From NCBI GenBank assembly GCA_010405405.1, contig MU004235.1, forward strand, positions 2,348,506 through 2,412,505: 64,000 bases of DNA, in the 5' to 3' direction. Position 1 is the first letter of the stretch. Each line of letters begins with the position of its first letter. The notes under the pieces were generated by a model. The model did no database searches. It had not been told where the DNA came from and saw only the letters and a list, made by a program, of their open reading frames with translations. Source of the DNA: Microthyrium microscopicum (Eukaryota). Position numbers and translations under genes: made by a program. Positions 12,016 to 25,159 of this stretch are shown here, in pieces.

Positions 12016-15000
12016 ATGTCAGATTCAAAGTCAGGCGGACATGCCAACCAGGAAGACGGGGCGCCCAAATCTGATGGAGGACATTGGAAACTTTTGAAGA
12101 AGCGATTCAAGAAGCGATTCAAGAAAAGCGATTCAGCAACAACCCCACAAGTTCAGCCTGATTCAGAGAATCAGACTACCGAACCTGAAGCTGAAGAGAT
12201 ACCAGCAGCCGAGTTATCGCTTCGTCTTTGGACTGGAGCATATGATGGTCTCAAACAAAAGGTAAGAGTCTTTCTTTAGGTAGTAAGGTATTGCTCTTGT
12301 GGGCATCTGAGTGATGCTTGGTTGTGCTCAAAACTCTGGTACTTTCTGTACTATTGTATGGTCATAATAATTACTCGAAGCAATTTTTCATGGCAAACAC
12401 CAAAGTCTGATGGACCTTCTGCTCAATGGCTTTGACAAAAAAGCATCGAACAGATATTGACTTCTCTTTATTAACTCTATCATTGATGTATGGTACGATA
12501 GGACCCATACAGAGGAGTCTATCTAATCTTTCCAGCAAATCACTTGCTATCGAACAGGGTCACAGTAAATGAGCTCTAATAAGCACTAACGAATTTTAGG
12601 GAGAACATTCAGACCTTGTCGAGGATTACGAAATCATATTGACCAAATTCATAAAAGGTGATTCAGCTCTCAAGAAAGAGAACATTTTCAAGGACGTGGA
12701 TGGAACTAGACGTCTACAGTTGATGAAACAAATCGTAGACAAATCCCAGGAAAAAGCCAAAGCTCACCCAAGGACGGAGGCTGTAGGAGAAACCGCGGGC
12801 CAAATAATTGAGTTCGCAAGTGAGACAGTTGGCGGCCTGCTGGAGGCGTATCCGCCAGCAGCGCTGGCTTGGTCTGGTATCTGCACACTGACACCAGTAG
12901 GTTGCTCATTGTCCCTTGTTATCGCCTTTCACTGACCGTACAGCTTTTTCTGAAACATATTCAAGCAAAGAAGAAAATGTTGGATGGCCTCACGTACGTG
13001 ATTGACCAGATTGATTTCTCTATGAAGCTGGCGCCTCTACTTCTTCGAGAAAACTGGAAGGATGATACAGACTTCAAGAACCTTCGTGACACCATGAGTA
13101 AAAGCATTCAGAACTTGTACCAGAGCATACTCCTATTTGAGATGAATGCTGTAAAAGCATGTAATAGTCACTGGGGTACTTTCTTCAAAGACTTAGTGAG
13201 CTATAACGATTGGGATGGCCAACGTAAAGCCATTGAAAGTACCAAGGCTCAGGTAACAGAGCAAATGTCCCAATACAACAAAGAGGCAGAGAAAGAGTAC
13301 TTACGCACAACCGTCGACGTACTGTCCAAGAGTCTAGACAATCAAGGAAGGAGTCTTTTGGAGCAGCAGAAAAGCATAAGCATTCAAGAAAAGGCGATGT
13401 CACGAGAAATGTCTAAGGATCACGAAAAAATGGTAGGAGAGTTCAATGTCACCCAGCATGTCAAGCCTAGTGTCGAAGAACTCAGCCCTCTTCGAGTGTC
13501 TGACACCTGTGAATGGTTCTTCGGAAACGACAAGTATTACCAACACTGGCTCAACTCGAAAGAGAACAAAGTGCTTGTTGTCTCAGCACCCCCTGGATGC
13601 GGAAAATCTGTGCTGGCCGCCACTCTGTGTCTACAGGAGCTTCCTCGTCAACAGCCAGGTACTCAAGTCTGTTACTATTTCTTCAAGAATCAGACGGAGC
13701 AACAGAAGATTACTCATGCTCTACGCATATTGCTCAATCAGCTTCTTGCCAACTCGATAGACTTGGTTGCGCATGTCGAAAGCGAAGTAAGTTGTTCTTG
13801 ACTCCTTGAAGTTCTCCATATCTCAACTGTTCCTTATTTGAGCTTTCGAGGACAAGCTTTCCTGCCACGTTATACACCCTCTGACCTAGTAGAATAAGGC
13901 TGACACTTTGTTAGATTCGCAAAGAAGGTAAAGCACTTATGGATGACTTTTATAAGTTGAAAAAGATATTCGAGCTTGCTATCAAGGCTGGTAAAACTAC
14001 AAGCGTTATCTGCGTGTTGGATGCCCTCGATGAGTGTGATCCTGCAGACTTGAAGACATTGTTGGACTGGATCACGTCCACAATATCACTGCAGGCTAAA
14101 GACGACTCCACGGGTTGTACCACTCTAAAATTCCTTCTCACTACCAGAGGCCTTCCCAAAATACTGAATCATTTCGAATTCTCTGGTAGTATTATGCAGA
14201 TATCAACAGACGGAAAAGAGAATGAGACTGCTATACAGAACGAAATTCAAATGGTAATGGAGGCTCGCTTTCACCAATTTGTCAAACGCAATAAACTCGA
14301 TACAGAAACAGCCGATGTACTCTGGAAGGGTTTACAGCAATCTGGCAAAGAAGAAAGAACTTATTTATGGGTTGAATTAATTTTTCAGGAACTCGAAACC
14401 ACGCGCAAAACCAAGAAGGCCTTCGAGTCTCTCATGAAGGCTCCACCACAAGATATCTATGACCTATATGACCGTTTGCTAGCTTCTGTGCAAGCCAAGG
14501 ACATCGAACGGGTCAGGGTCTTGCTGAGTTTGATCTTTGCTGCTCCAAAGCCTCTGACCCTTGACGAGGCCAACTTTGCAGTCACTTTGCATCTGATGGA
14601 GTCACTGCCACCAAAAAACCTCAAAGAGATTGGTGAAGAGCTCGAATCCGAGAAGCACTTCCTCGAGTGGCTTACCAACACATGTGGCTATTTTGTGACA
14701 GTCTATGGCAAAGAGCTCTATTTCATCCATCAAACAGCCAAAGACTATCTGAGCGATATGGTTCCTCTGCCCGTCACGCCGAACGACCCCAGCAAAGAAA
14801 TTGAGCCTTCGTTCATTAGGGGCAAGCTCAATGAGCGAATTGCTCACGCGGTGTCCGCGGAGTGCTATATCACCTATTTGGCCATGGATCCTGCATACGA
14901 TTGCTGGTTAGAATGGTGCACAGACAAGGCTTATAAGCTACAAGCATTGGAGGTTGAGGATACCAAACGGTGGTTCGAAAATGCTCCTATTCGAGCCAGT

Positions 15001-16028
15001 TTTCTCATGCTGGCTATGACTTCATGGATAGATCATTTCCGAGGCAAGTTCATTCTGTTACTATCTGCTTGTGGATGTCTAACAGATTTCAGGAGCTCGC
15101 GAGATCCGCAATGAAAACGCGAGGGTTGTAGCTGTTGATGTCGATGACAAATTCAGCCCAACATATTGCGCGCTATGGAAGCATCTACCGGACGGAGAGT
15201 TGAAACCTGTGCTTGGGCAATCCATCAAACTGTGGTTAAGAAAGGAAAGGAAAGACGTAAATCGTCAAGAAGAATTCTCGACGGAGCCACTCTTTCTCAG
15301 CGTCCTACTTGGGCAGAGCAAGTTATTTGAACACTATCTCAGGCCGAACGGCGAGAATCAAGAAAACTTCAAGGCAAAGCTGCGAGAACAATACTACCGA
15401 CTGCTCCAGCTAGCAGTCGAGGAACGAGATTTCGAGCTACAGCAACTCATGCTTGACCGTTTAACAGAAGTCTCACCTATTTCTTCGAGGAACAGCTCTC
15501 TGTCAGCTGCTCTGCGTACCAGCATACATTGGGTCAGAGGCAATCCACAGGTAGGCAGTGATTCTTCCTTAACACCCTTCAAATAAGTGCATCACTTCTC
15601 GAGAAAGCTTGTTCTTTGGCAAGCCTTTGGGATCACAGAGATACTGTCATATTGTCTTCTTGTTTACTGACAATGTCTAGGTCGATATGCGAACCGCGCG
15701 ATTGCTCATAGAACACGGCGCATTGATAGACGAGCCAGGCAGGGAGGATATGTCACCTCTCGCCGCAACACTGCACTTTCTAGCGGGAGCAGATAGCACT
15801 TGTGCTGGGGGTCGCGTAAAAAAGATTGAAGATTTGTTGAAACTTGGCGCTAATTGGCAAGACGCGTTGGAGGTTGTAAGGAAGCCTAAGGGGATGGAAA
15901 CCAAGTTCATCATCAAATTCAGATTCAATTTTATGAGAAAGTGGCTGGAAGAGGATGGCTTTTTCAGACGAAATCCTTGGTACAGGGAGGCCGTCCGCAA
16001 CGCAGAAAGCAGAATTGGGAAGGATTAA
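12016..16028 (+). CDS. NACHT NTPase (fungal NLR-like) with an N-terminal NACHT_N-like helical region and a degenerate ankyrin-like C-terminus, about 6 exons
   Basis: LWTGAYD and AALAWSGIC N-terminal motifs, TCEWF, Walker A APPGCGKS, CYYFFK, Walker B ICVLDALDEC, KFLLTTR, TYLWVEL, FIHQTAKDYL and an ANK-like RLLIEHGALID. Introns include 12262-12599 and a GC-AG intron at 15044-15092. Confidence 0.85.
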
Positions 16029-16773
16029 AAGTTGATACAAACTCTGAGGCATCACAAAGCTTTCGAGAGTGGTTCTCATATTGTTGTTGAACCACCATGA
16101 GTTGTGGCTAGTGATACTGCAAATTTCTTGATATAGCTTTTCTTTTGACAAGATGTGGTGCAGCATACCTCACATATATCCGCTGCTCTTAACAGGTATG
16201 AATGCAACGACATTCCGAAGCTGGCCACGTCATCTGTTCGTAGCGCAGGACCAAGGCCAAGCGATAACTTTTGGCTATGGTTGGGCCGATCGATCGACTT
16301 GCTGCGAAATTCCGTCCATGCCGTTGGCTGAGGATGGAAGCATATTATTTCTGTTCTTGATATTTCTTAGCCTCTCGCTTTATTCGCATTCCTTCCGCTT
16401 TCCGCTTTCCGCTTTCCGAGTGATCTAAATATGCTTCCCGGCGTTCTGAGTGGTCTACTGGCCATATAAAAATGACCGACCGTTCAAGACTTTTTCCGAA
16501 CCATTGGGGAGTCATATCAGAATCTTCGCAGAGCTCAATCAAGCACGTTCAAATGTAACGAATTCGGCATTTCACGATAGGTGTGTTGTTGACATTGGCG
16601 CTTCAGTGTTTCTCATTTGTGCAGGCAGGGATGTGGAGCTTCTGAGACGTGACGTCACACCAACCCTGGCCAACGTTCTCGTGCTCCTGTAAAGACACGA
16701 AGAATCAAGGATTCTTAGCAGACCTTGATAGACTTTCGAGACGCAGAGGTCTTCATCGCAGGTGAAAAAAAAG

Positions 16774-18018
16774 ATGGCAATAAACACCCACGCCAGCGGC
16801 AACGGCTTCCTAACCTCCTTCAACAGCACAACCCCCAAACTCTACATAACCGCCGAAACCGACACCGCCTCCGAATTCGACCAAATAATCCTCAAACGAT
16901 GGCGCGAAGAAGGTTTCGACATCACCTACCTCCCCTACCGCAACGGCGGAAAAGGCTACATAGCCGACCTCAAAGCCATACCCCGTAACATGTCCGTCGG
17001 CGACTCCTTTGGCATCGTCGCCTATGGCGATGCAGCAGCCGCCTGTCTAGAAACTTTTCGCAATCCCACCTCCCGTCTATGCGCACTCGTTGCTTACTAT
17101 CCGTCGTCCATACCGGATCCACAGTCAACGTTTCCGATTGGCTTGAAGGTGTTGGTGCATTTGGCGGGGCAGGATGTGGGAGTTACTAGACAGCATGAGG
17201 TGTTGGGGATACAGGGGAAGAGACGGACGACGATGAAGAAGGTGCCGGAAGGGACGGGGACGGGGGGAATGTTGAAGTTGGCGTATCCGAGTTTTACGTA
17301 TGATGGGGTGGAGCCGGGGTTTGCGGAACATGATTTGGAGGAGTATGATAAGATTAGTGAGAGGATTAGTTGGGGGAGGAGTTTGGATTGTGTGCGGAAG
17401 GCATTTCGGACGGAGACGAATTTGGAGCAGGTTTGGGAGGATCATTGTAAATGTGAGAATATCCAATATTGCGAATGTGAATTTGAGAGGCTAATTGGAG
17501 CAGTGGAGTTTAAGACGAAAGATGCGGATAAGGTCATGACTACGATGGTGGATAGACCATATGTTAACCATGTCCCGACTATGACGGGCGGTATAGGCCA
17601 GAAGGACCTGCATAGATTCTATCGCGATTATTTCATTCCTGACAACCCACCGAGTCTGAAGATGAAGCTGATATCACGCACCGTCGGCGTGGATAAAGTG
17701 GTGGACGAGCTGCTCGTCAGCTTCGACCATACACAAGATATCTCCTGGATGCTCCCCGGCGTCCCACCAACGAACAAACACGTCGAAGTCGCGCTCGTTG
17801 CCGTCGTATGTGTGCGCGGCGGCAAACTGTACCACGAACACATCTACTGGGACCAAGCGACCGTACTCGTACAGCTAGGTCTGCTCGATCCCAAGTACAT
17901 ACCGCCGAAGATGAAGCATTTGGGCATAAATCGGCTGCCGGTAGTAGGCGCGGAGGGAGCAAGGAAAGTGCTAGATGAGAGTAGTGAGCCGAGTAACAAG
18001 TTGATGGATGATTGGTAG
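16774..18018 (+). CDS. Dienelactone-hydrolase-like plus SnoaL/NTF2-like protein (carboxymethylenebutenolidase-like)
   Basis: LVAYYP, YDGVEPGFAE, VWEDH...EF, PYVNHVPTMTGGIG, SRTVGVDKVVDE and HEHIYWDQA motifs. Probable in-frame intron near 17452-17503. Confidence 0.85.
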   Translation: MAINTHASGNGFLTSFNSTTPKLYITAETDTASEFDQIILKRWREEGFDITYLPYRNGGKGYIADLKAIPRNMSVGDSFGIVAYGDAAAACLETFRNPTSRLCALVAYYPSSIPDPQSTFPIGLKVLVHLAGQDVGVTRQHEVLGIQGKRRTTMKKVPEGTGTGGMLKLAYPSFTYDGVEPGFAEHDLEEYDKISERISWGRSLDCVRKAFRTETNLEQVWEDHCKCENIQYCECEFERLIGAVEFKTKDADKVMTTMVDRPYVNHVPTMTGGIGQKDLHRFYRDYFIPDNPPSLKMKLISRTVGVDKVVDELLVSFDHTQDISWMLPGVPPTNKHVEVALVAVVCVRGGKLYHEHIYWDQATVLVQLGLLDPKYIPPKMKHLGINRLPVVGAEGARKVLDESSEPSNKLMDDW

Positions 18019-19679
18019 CTTGAAATGTGGAATGTTTGTCATATAATAGTCCCGCAAGAAACGTGAGAAATACACCGCTCATGCAGGGTGGAATAGACAC
18101 GGGCCTGCTAAGTACCCTTATTTTGTCTTCCACTGTAGAGGATTGCCATAGCGTCTTCAAAGTCATGGGAGGGCGGATGAAGTAGGCACACAGTGGGAAT
18201 TGCAAAGCTACTGGAGGTGGCAGCCGGCTGGGAAAGACATCGAATTTTGAATGCTACTTCCAGCCAGCTTAGAATATCAGCGATCTACCAAATCGAAATG
18301 ATAATGCTGCCGTGAATGGCTGACGGTGTTGGTTGTGATTCGCAAAAGAAGAGATGAAGTTGAAGAAAATTATTGAAAGCAAAAAGCAGTGACCACCAAA
18401 AATCTCGTCTGACTAAGCAGAAATTTGCAGGGCCACCCTCATTTCTTCCGCAGCTTCAAACGACGAACCTTTCTTTCCTTTCTTCACACACTTCATAATA
18501 ATGAAAAAAAGGGACGATTAATCAACCGCCAGAACGTATCCCTGCTCTGGATTGGTCATATTTGCGTTCTAGAATGAATCAATAGACACTTTTAGGCTTC
18601 TGGAGCGAGTTTTTTGCTTAGGCTTTGCCTCTATGCACCTTGAAGCCACCTGCGTGTCAAACATATTCTGTTTCTTTGAGTTTGTTGAGAAGAGGGGATG
18701 TTTCGAGGCTACTTGAGATTTGTGGCACTGTGTTTGTGAAATGTCTTCAATGCTTGAGTGCAAGACAACGTGTTCATCGTTCATCCATTCCACCTGGTTC
18801 TAGAGGCGACCTAATGCAAGACCTGGAATTGAAAGACCGGCACAAGACAGTATGCATGGATAGCTCCGTAGATCAGATACATTGAGTTGAGGTGAACCTG
18901 GGAAAAGGGAATTATGATGTGAGACGGGATAATTGTTTGGAGTCTTTGAGCCTGTTTGAGGAAGCTCGCGTTTTGAGATGAAGATGGCGTTCTCGCGAAT
19001 TGATTACAGAGACAGTAGAAGATGCGGTATATTAACTATTGTGATAATTCTCCGGGAGATACACCAAAACGTTGTCCAGCTGCACAGCAGAATATTCAAT
19101 CTGATAACACTCTTGATATCGACGGAAAAGTAAAGAAAGGCCACAAGGAAAGAGCAAACGTGATATGTGTCCCAAAACGGGAGGTGGGACGGACTCGGTT
19201 CGGGTTGTTGCTGCCATAAATGCCACAAATTGCCTTCATTTTGGGTAGGTACTCGGCTGCCCGTTCCGCCTCAAGTTACAGGGGTGGGAAGCGTGTCACC
19301 GATTGGAGCGTGGATCGTAAGCAGGTCTTGGCACCTCCCAGCGACTGAGAGCGATGAACCCAAAGAATTCCAAGGGGTCCCTTCTCCAGAAAACCTGCCA
19401 AACCTTGAAGAAGCATTAACCTTGCGCTTTTGTTCAATTACCCGCGACGCTGTGCAAGTACACCTACCTTACACCTCCACACTGTTCATCGTTGATAGTC
19501 CCCTGTTACTGCACGCCACCCGTTCTTGTGTCTTGTTGTCGTTTTCAAGCATTGCATTGAGCCTTTTACTGCGTCCTTATTCCTTTGTCCGATCGCGTCC
19601 TTGCGCTCCGGAGCCGTTCAACCATACCTCGTTCGCCGACCGCTCTCTGCCCTGGACAGACTGTCTAGCGTCTCTAATC

Positions 19680-21917
19680 ATGGCTGCTATCAACAAGCGG
19701 CAACAGGTCCGCAATGAGCGAACTCTTCAAGATTTGATCAAGTCGGTTCCGGGGAATGATCGCTGTGCCGACTGCGCTGCTAGAAATCCAGGTAAGCTCG
19801 CCTCACCATTCATGACTGATTCCGTTTATTAATTTATGCAACAGGATGGGCCAGTTGGAGCGTATGTGACCGAACATTCTGATATCGTTTGCGAGACATT
19901 GACTAACAAATGACAGCTTGGTATCTTCCTCTGCGTGCGATGCGCGTCCATACACCGGAAGTTGGGTGTACATGTATCCAAAATAAAGTCTTTGAGTATG
20001 GACTCTTGGACATCGGAACAAGTCGAAGTAGGTTCAATACTGGATATGTGGTACATGATGCTGACATGCCCCTAGTTAATGAAAAAGACTGGCAACACAA
20101 ACTCGAACCGCGTTTTCAACCCTCGCAACGTCAAACCCTCCATACCGATCGATATAGATGAAGTTGATGGCGTCATGGAACGATACATACGGCAGAAATA
20201 CGAAAGCAAGACCTTATCAAGCGAAAGCCAGCCCACTTCAAGACAACATACAGGCAGTACGGGAAGTTCGGAGGATCATGCGGCCCCTCTTCCGCCAAAA
20301 CCAAGTAAACGATTCACGTTTGGTCTCCGGTCAACATCTTCATCATTTCCACTCGGACGGTCTGAGCGCAGCCCTCCGGATTCACCAGCAAACGGAAAAA
20401 TCTCGTTTGGTAGTGCATATAAACGGCCATCGGCACCGGACAAGAAGAATAAGCCTTCCAAAATCTTCGGAACTGACATAGGAGGAAGTCGCCAAGATAA
20501 CTACGAGCTGAAACTTATTGCGCTAAGAGAGATGGGATTTCCTGATGACAAGAGAAACTTGACAATACTCAAAGGAGAGTCGGGAAATGTGGATAGAGCA
20601 GTTGCTACGTTGATACGACTTGGGGAAGGCAGTAGAATGTCATCTGGTCGGTCTTCGCCTGCTCCAGAGACACCACCGAAGGACGAATTCACGCCAGTTT
20701 CTGCGGGCGCTACAAGGTCCCTAAATCCCTTTGATAAATTGGATTTACAGGATAAAGCACTGCCACCTCCACCGATTGAAGAGCACAATCAACGACCCCA
20801 CACAGGCCTTGCAAGCCCAACTGCGTACAATCCATTCGTACAGTCCACTCCTTCATTGGAACAGAACTTTCAGGGATTGACCGTGTCACATCCATCTCAT
20901 CTCTTTCCAAATGCGACAGGTGGATACAATAATACTCAGTCGCCTGTAACCACTAATCCTTTCCTCCAAACCTACACTCCTCCTCCCACTCAACAGCCAA
21001 GCACTATGATGGGTCAGTTTAATGCGCCAGCACCCTTCGCACCGCAACAACCACAGTATTTTGCTCAACCACAGCAATATCAACAGGCTCCACAGCAGTT
21101 TCAACAACCTCCACAGCCCTCGACCTCTCCAAATCCTTTCCTATCAGCATCGCCATCCAATCAATTCCCGTCTTCCAATCCTTTCGAATCACAGCAGAAT
21201 CAATATTCTGCCACAAATAATGCCTATTATCCTGACATGAACAATCAACAACATATGTATCAAACTCAGCTGCAAAACCAAATGATACAGCACAATAATA
21301 GCTTTCCTCAACCTATGCAACAAACCTTGTACCAACAGCAATCCGCATCGTCACCTTTTGGACAACAATCCTTACAAATGGGGCAGACCAATCCTTTCCT
21401 CATGAACGCACCTCAAGTTCACGCGCAATTTACCACATCGTCAATGGTTTCATCACCCGTCACGCAATCGCCAGCGCAACAACAAGGCAATCCTTTTGAT
21501 GGCCAATACCAGCAATATCAAAACCACGCCCAAACCATCCCTGCCCCAAATCGGTTCGATAAAGCGTCTATACTGGCATTGTATAACATGCCAAACTCTA
21601 ATTCTAACCAAAATAACCTCGCGGCACCTCCAAACGAGCAGCAGCAACCTGGTGGTGCAAGAAGAAGTGTAACCATGCCACTTCCAAACACAGCACAACC
21701 TGCTATGAGTCCAGCTCCCACTAACCCATTTGCTGCATCGCTCAACCAATCCACGACTGCTCAATCTAATGTGGTGGCCAACGCTGCCATGGCAAAGCCT
21801 GGGGTACAATCGACTTTTGCCCATATGAGCCATGAGAGTGTAGACTTTTCGACGATGATGAATGGGAGACATAGCCCGGATGCATTTGCGGCACTAAGCT
21901 CAAGATTAATGAGATGA
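19680..21917 (+). CDS. GTS1: ArfGAP plus UBA domain protein (Gts1-like) with a Q/P-rich, NPF-repeat C-terminus
   Basis: GNDRCADCAARNPGWAS, LGIFLCVRCASIHRKLGVHVSKIKSLSMDSW, YIRQKYE, UBA motif LREMGF and many NPF motifs. Confidence 0.85.
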
Positions 21918-22315
21918 AGAGGAGAGCATGGGTATGCTCTAATCGTAGATGATGTAGATAGTTTTCAAAGTATTTTCTTTGGATAATGCTTAATACCGTG
22001 CTGGTCTTGGTTGTGGCCATGCGCAGAATGTACATTTAACAATCCTAAAACCTTTAATAAATGAATCAGCCTGATTCCTTTTCTACTGTGATGTTTGTAT
22101 TCAAAAGCATGAGAAGAAGCAACAACTGGAGTGTTTTGAGAAGTTGATATTGGAGACCGAATAGGGGCAAGTTTAAATAGAGGGGCTGTGGTGAGTTTCA
22201 CTTTTTGATGTCCTCCAACTTTTTGACGACGATCCCATCGAAGTCTCACAACACTTGCGCATCACAAACAATCTTTCCGTCGATAGACTCGTAATCTGCA
22301 AATACGCGAACCTTC

Positions 22316-24396
22316 ATGGCAGGCGCAGAATCCGACCGCAGCGCAAAGCGCACGCGATCCGAAATGGAAGATCCAAAACCAGAAGATGGTAAACAATCCC
22401 CTAATTCTTCCTCCACCTTCCTACGTTTACTAACAAACCCTAGACTCCTCATCAGAAGATGACTTTGGTCCCGCCCTCCCATCCGCCTCGCAACCGAAAA
22501 AGAAGAAACGCAAACTTCCCTACGAAAAACTCTATATCGCTGCGCTCCCTACATCGACCCGCTACTCCAAATCTCTTATGCACCGCGATCAATTGTTCAG
22601 CGTAGAGTTTACAAGAAATACGGACTTCCTTGTTACGAGTTCTATGGATGGTGTGGTCAAGTTCTGGAAGAAGACGAGCACTGGTGTGGAGTTTGTTAAA
22701 GAGTTTCAGGCGCATACGGGGGAGATTGTTAGTACGAGCGTTAGTGCGGATGGGAGAAGTTTTGCGAGTGCTGGCGTTGATGGGACGGTCAAGGTGTTTG
22801 ATGTTGTGACGTTTGATCTTTTGGCTATGTTGCAGCTGGGTGAGAATCCGAGATGTGTGTGCTGGGTTCATAAGCGTGGCGCGAGCTTGCCGTTGCTTGC
22901 TGTCAGTGTGGAGTCGAGCGCCGATATCCGGATATATGATGGAAGATGTACGAGTGAGGAACCGCTTCATGTTATCAAGAAACTACATCGGTCGAGTGTG
23001 GTTACGATGGCGTTCAACAATGAGTACGATTGCGTTGTGAGCGCTGATCAAGGTGGGATGCTGGAGTACTGGAGTCCGTCGAACAACTATGAGAAGCCCC
23101 TGAATGTGTTCGAGATGAAGAGCAGTACGAATCTGTTCGAGTTCAAGAAGGCGAAATCCGTACCATCGAGCATCACCATTTCGCCCGATGGGAAGCAATT
23201 TGCAACCTATTCCTTCCCAGACCGAAAAGCCCGCGTCTTCGAATTCGCAACAGGAAAACTATACCGCACATACGACGAATCCCTAGCAACACTATCCGAA
23301 ATGCAACAAGCTGGAACATCAGTCTACGCACTTGAGGCGCCAGAATTCAACAAACGACTCAACCTGGAGAAGGAGGTGGATAATCAGGCCAAGAAGATCA
23401 ATGTGCAATTTGACGAGAGTGGACATTTCATTCTCTATGGATCGCTACATGGCACGAAGGTCATCAATACGCTTACGAATCGAGTCGTCAAAGTGTACGG
23501 CAAAGACGAGGCGTTCAGGGCGTTACATTTGGCGATTTATCAAGGCGCACCGGACAAGAAGGGCGTTGTTACGGTAGCTATGGCTGCTAGTGATAATCCG
23601 CTGCTTCAGGAGGCGGAGGCCAGGGATGCGATGATTGTTGCTACTGGACTTGGCAAGGTGCGGTTTTATATGTTTACTAACGAGATGGAGTAAGTCACTG
23701 AACCGGCGTCGATGAAGAAGAGCGAGGAGGCTGACATGATTTTACAGAATCAGTAAATCCAACCGCGACGTACAAAACGAGAAACCTCGAAATCTGAACA
23801 GTCAAAAACAGTTACAGGAGAAACAAACTCAATCAGGCACTGCGGCTATCATTCATACGACATTGGGAGATATCCACGTCAAACTGTTTCCAGATGCAGC
23901 GCCGAAAACGGTGGAGAATTTTGTCACTCATGCAAGGAATGGGTATTACAACAATATCATTTTCCATCGAGTGATTCGCAAGTTTATGATCCAGGTATGT
24001 CCCACTCCACTACTTCGAAGCCATACCTAATATTTGATAGACTGGTGATCCACTCGGCGACGGCACAGGCGGAGAAAGTATATGGGGCCGAGAATTTGAA
24101 GACGAGTTTTCGAACTTGAAGCATGAGAAGTATACCTTAAGCAGTGCCAATGCTGGACCAAACACGAATGGGTCGCAATTTTTCATCACGACGGAGAAGA
24201 CGGTAAGTACTTCGGGGGCTAGGATTTTAAGGAGAGTAGGAGACTAACGTGAAGATAGACATGGCTTGATGGTAAACATAGTATCTTCGGCAGGGCAACG
24301 CAGGGATTTGACGTGGTTCATCGGATTGAGAATGCTAAGGTTTACAAGGAGAAACCGGAGGAGGATATCAAGATTATCAATGTTACTGTCTTGTAG
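22316..24396 (+). CDS. cyp15: WD40-repeat cyclophilin peptidyl-prolyl isomerase (Cyp15/PPWD1 ortholog)
   Basis: [12 protein letters not shown] region, then cyclophilin exons [61 protein letters not shown] and [10 protein letters not shown]. Stop TAG at 24394-24396. Confidence 0.92.
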
Positions 24397-25159
24397 GTTC
24401 ACTTTGAAGAAGAAGTATACCTAGATTGTATGGTAGACAAAATTGCATGAACGTTGGTTGAATGGCTGGATCTGGATCTGGTTTCTATGCAGAACATCTG
24501 TCTGATTGAGAGAATGAGAGGGAAGAATGAGAAAAGCCGAGACTGGGAGGCCCAGCAGATGCAAGAAGGTTCTTCTTTAGGTGATATACAGATATCAAAT
24601 TCAAGCGGTAGCTGAGAAAGTCATGCATATCAAGACTGATACTGAATTCTAGGACATGTTTGGGTGACGACTGACAAGGAAGATACGAAGGATTTCAAGG
24701 AAGCAGCCACCCTTCACCCCTGCCAAAGCCGCATTGATCCTTCCTTGCTTTCTCAACCCTGAACCAGCCCAGCTCAACCATCTCACCACCGCCATCAACC
24801 TCTTCTGCGACCTATTCTTCTCTTCTTTGCAAAGAAATATTCCATTTTTCTTTTTCTCTCACCACTAATATCTCCACCTCTGCATATCGCGCTTGCCACA
24901 AAATCCTCCGATCCCTCAACCTCAATTCTTCGCAACCTGACTGGTCTGCTTGACTCCGACCACTTGGCATCCTGTACCCAACAACCAATAAACATCACAG
25001 CTAGCCGCCTGTCTGCAACCACATTTGCCCAAACCATACTTGCACTTTCTAAGAATACCCGCTCCAAGCGTGTGCTGTTCCCGATTTTCTTTAGCTTGCC
25101 TGCATACAAGCATTTTTCCAGAAAGAGGAGCATGCCACCCGTAATCCACCAATACAAAT

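Noticed and set aside
16392..16417. (TTCCGCT)n microsatellite
   Set aside because: It is a short simple repeat with no further structure.
19167..19832. 221-aa ORF upstream of GTS1
   Set aside because: Only its last part (from ATG 19680) is the real first exon, and the upstream part looks like a leader that is open by chance.
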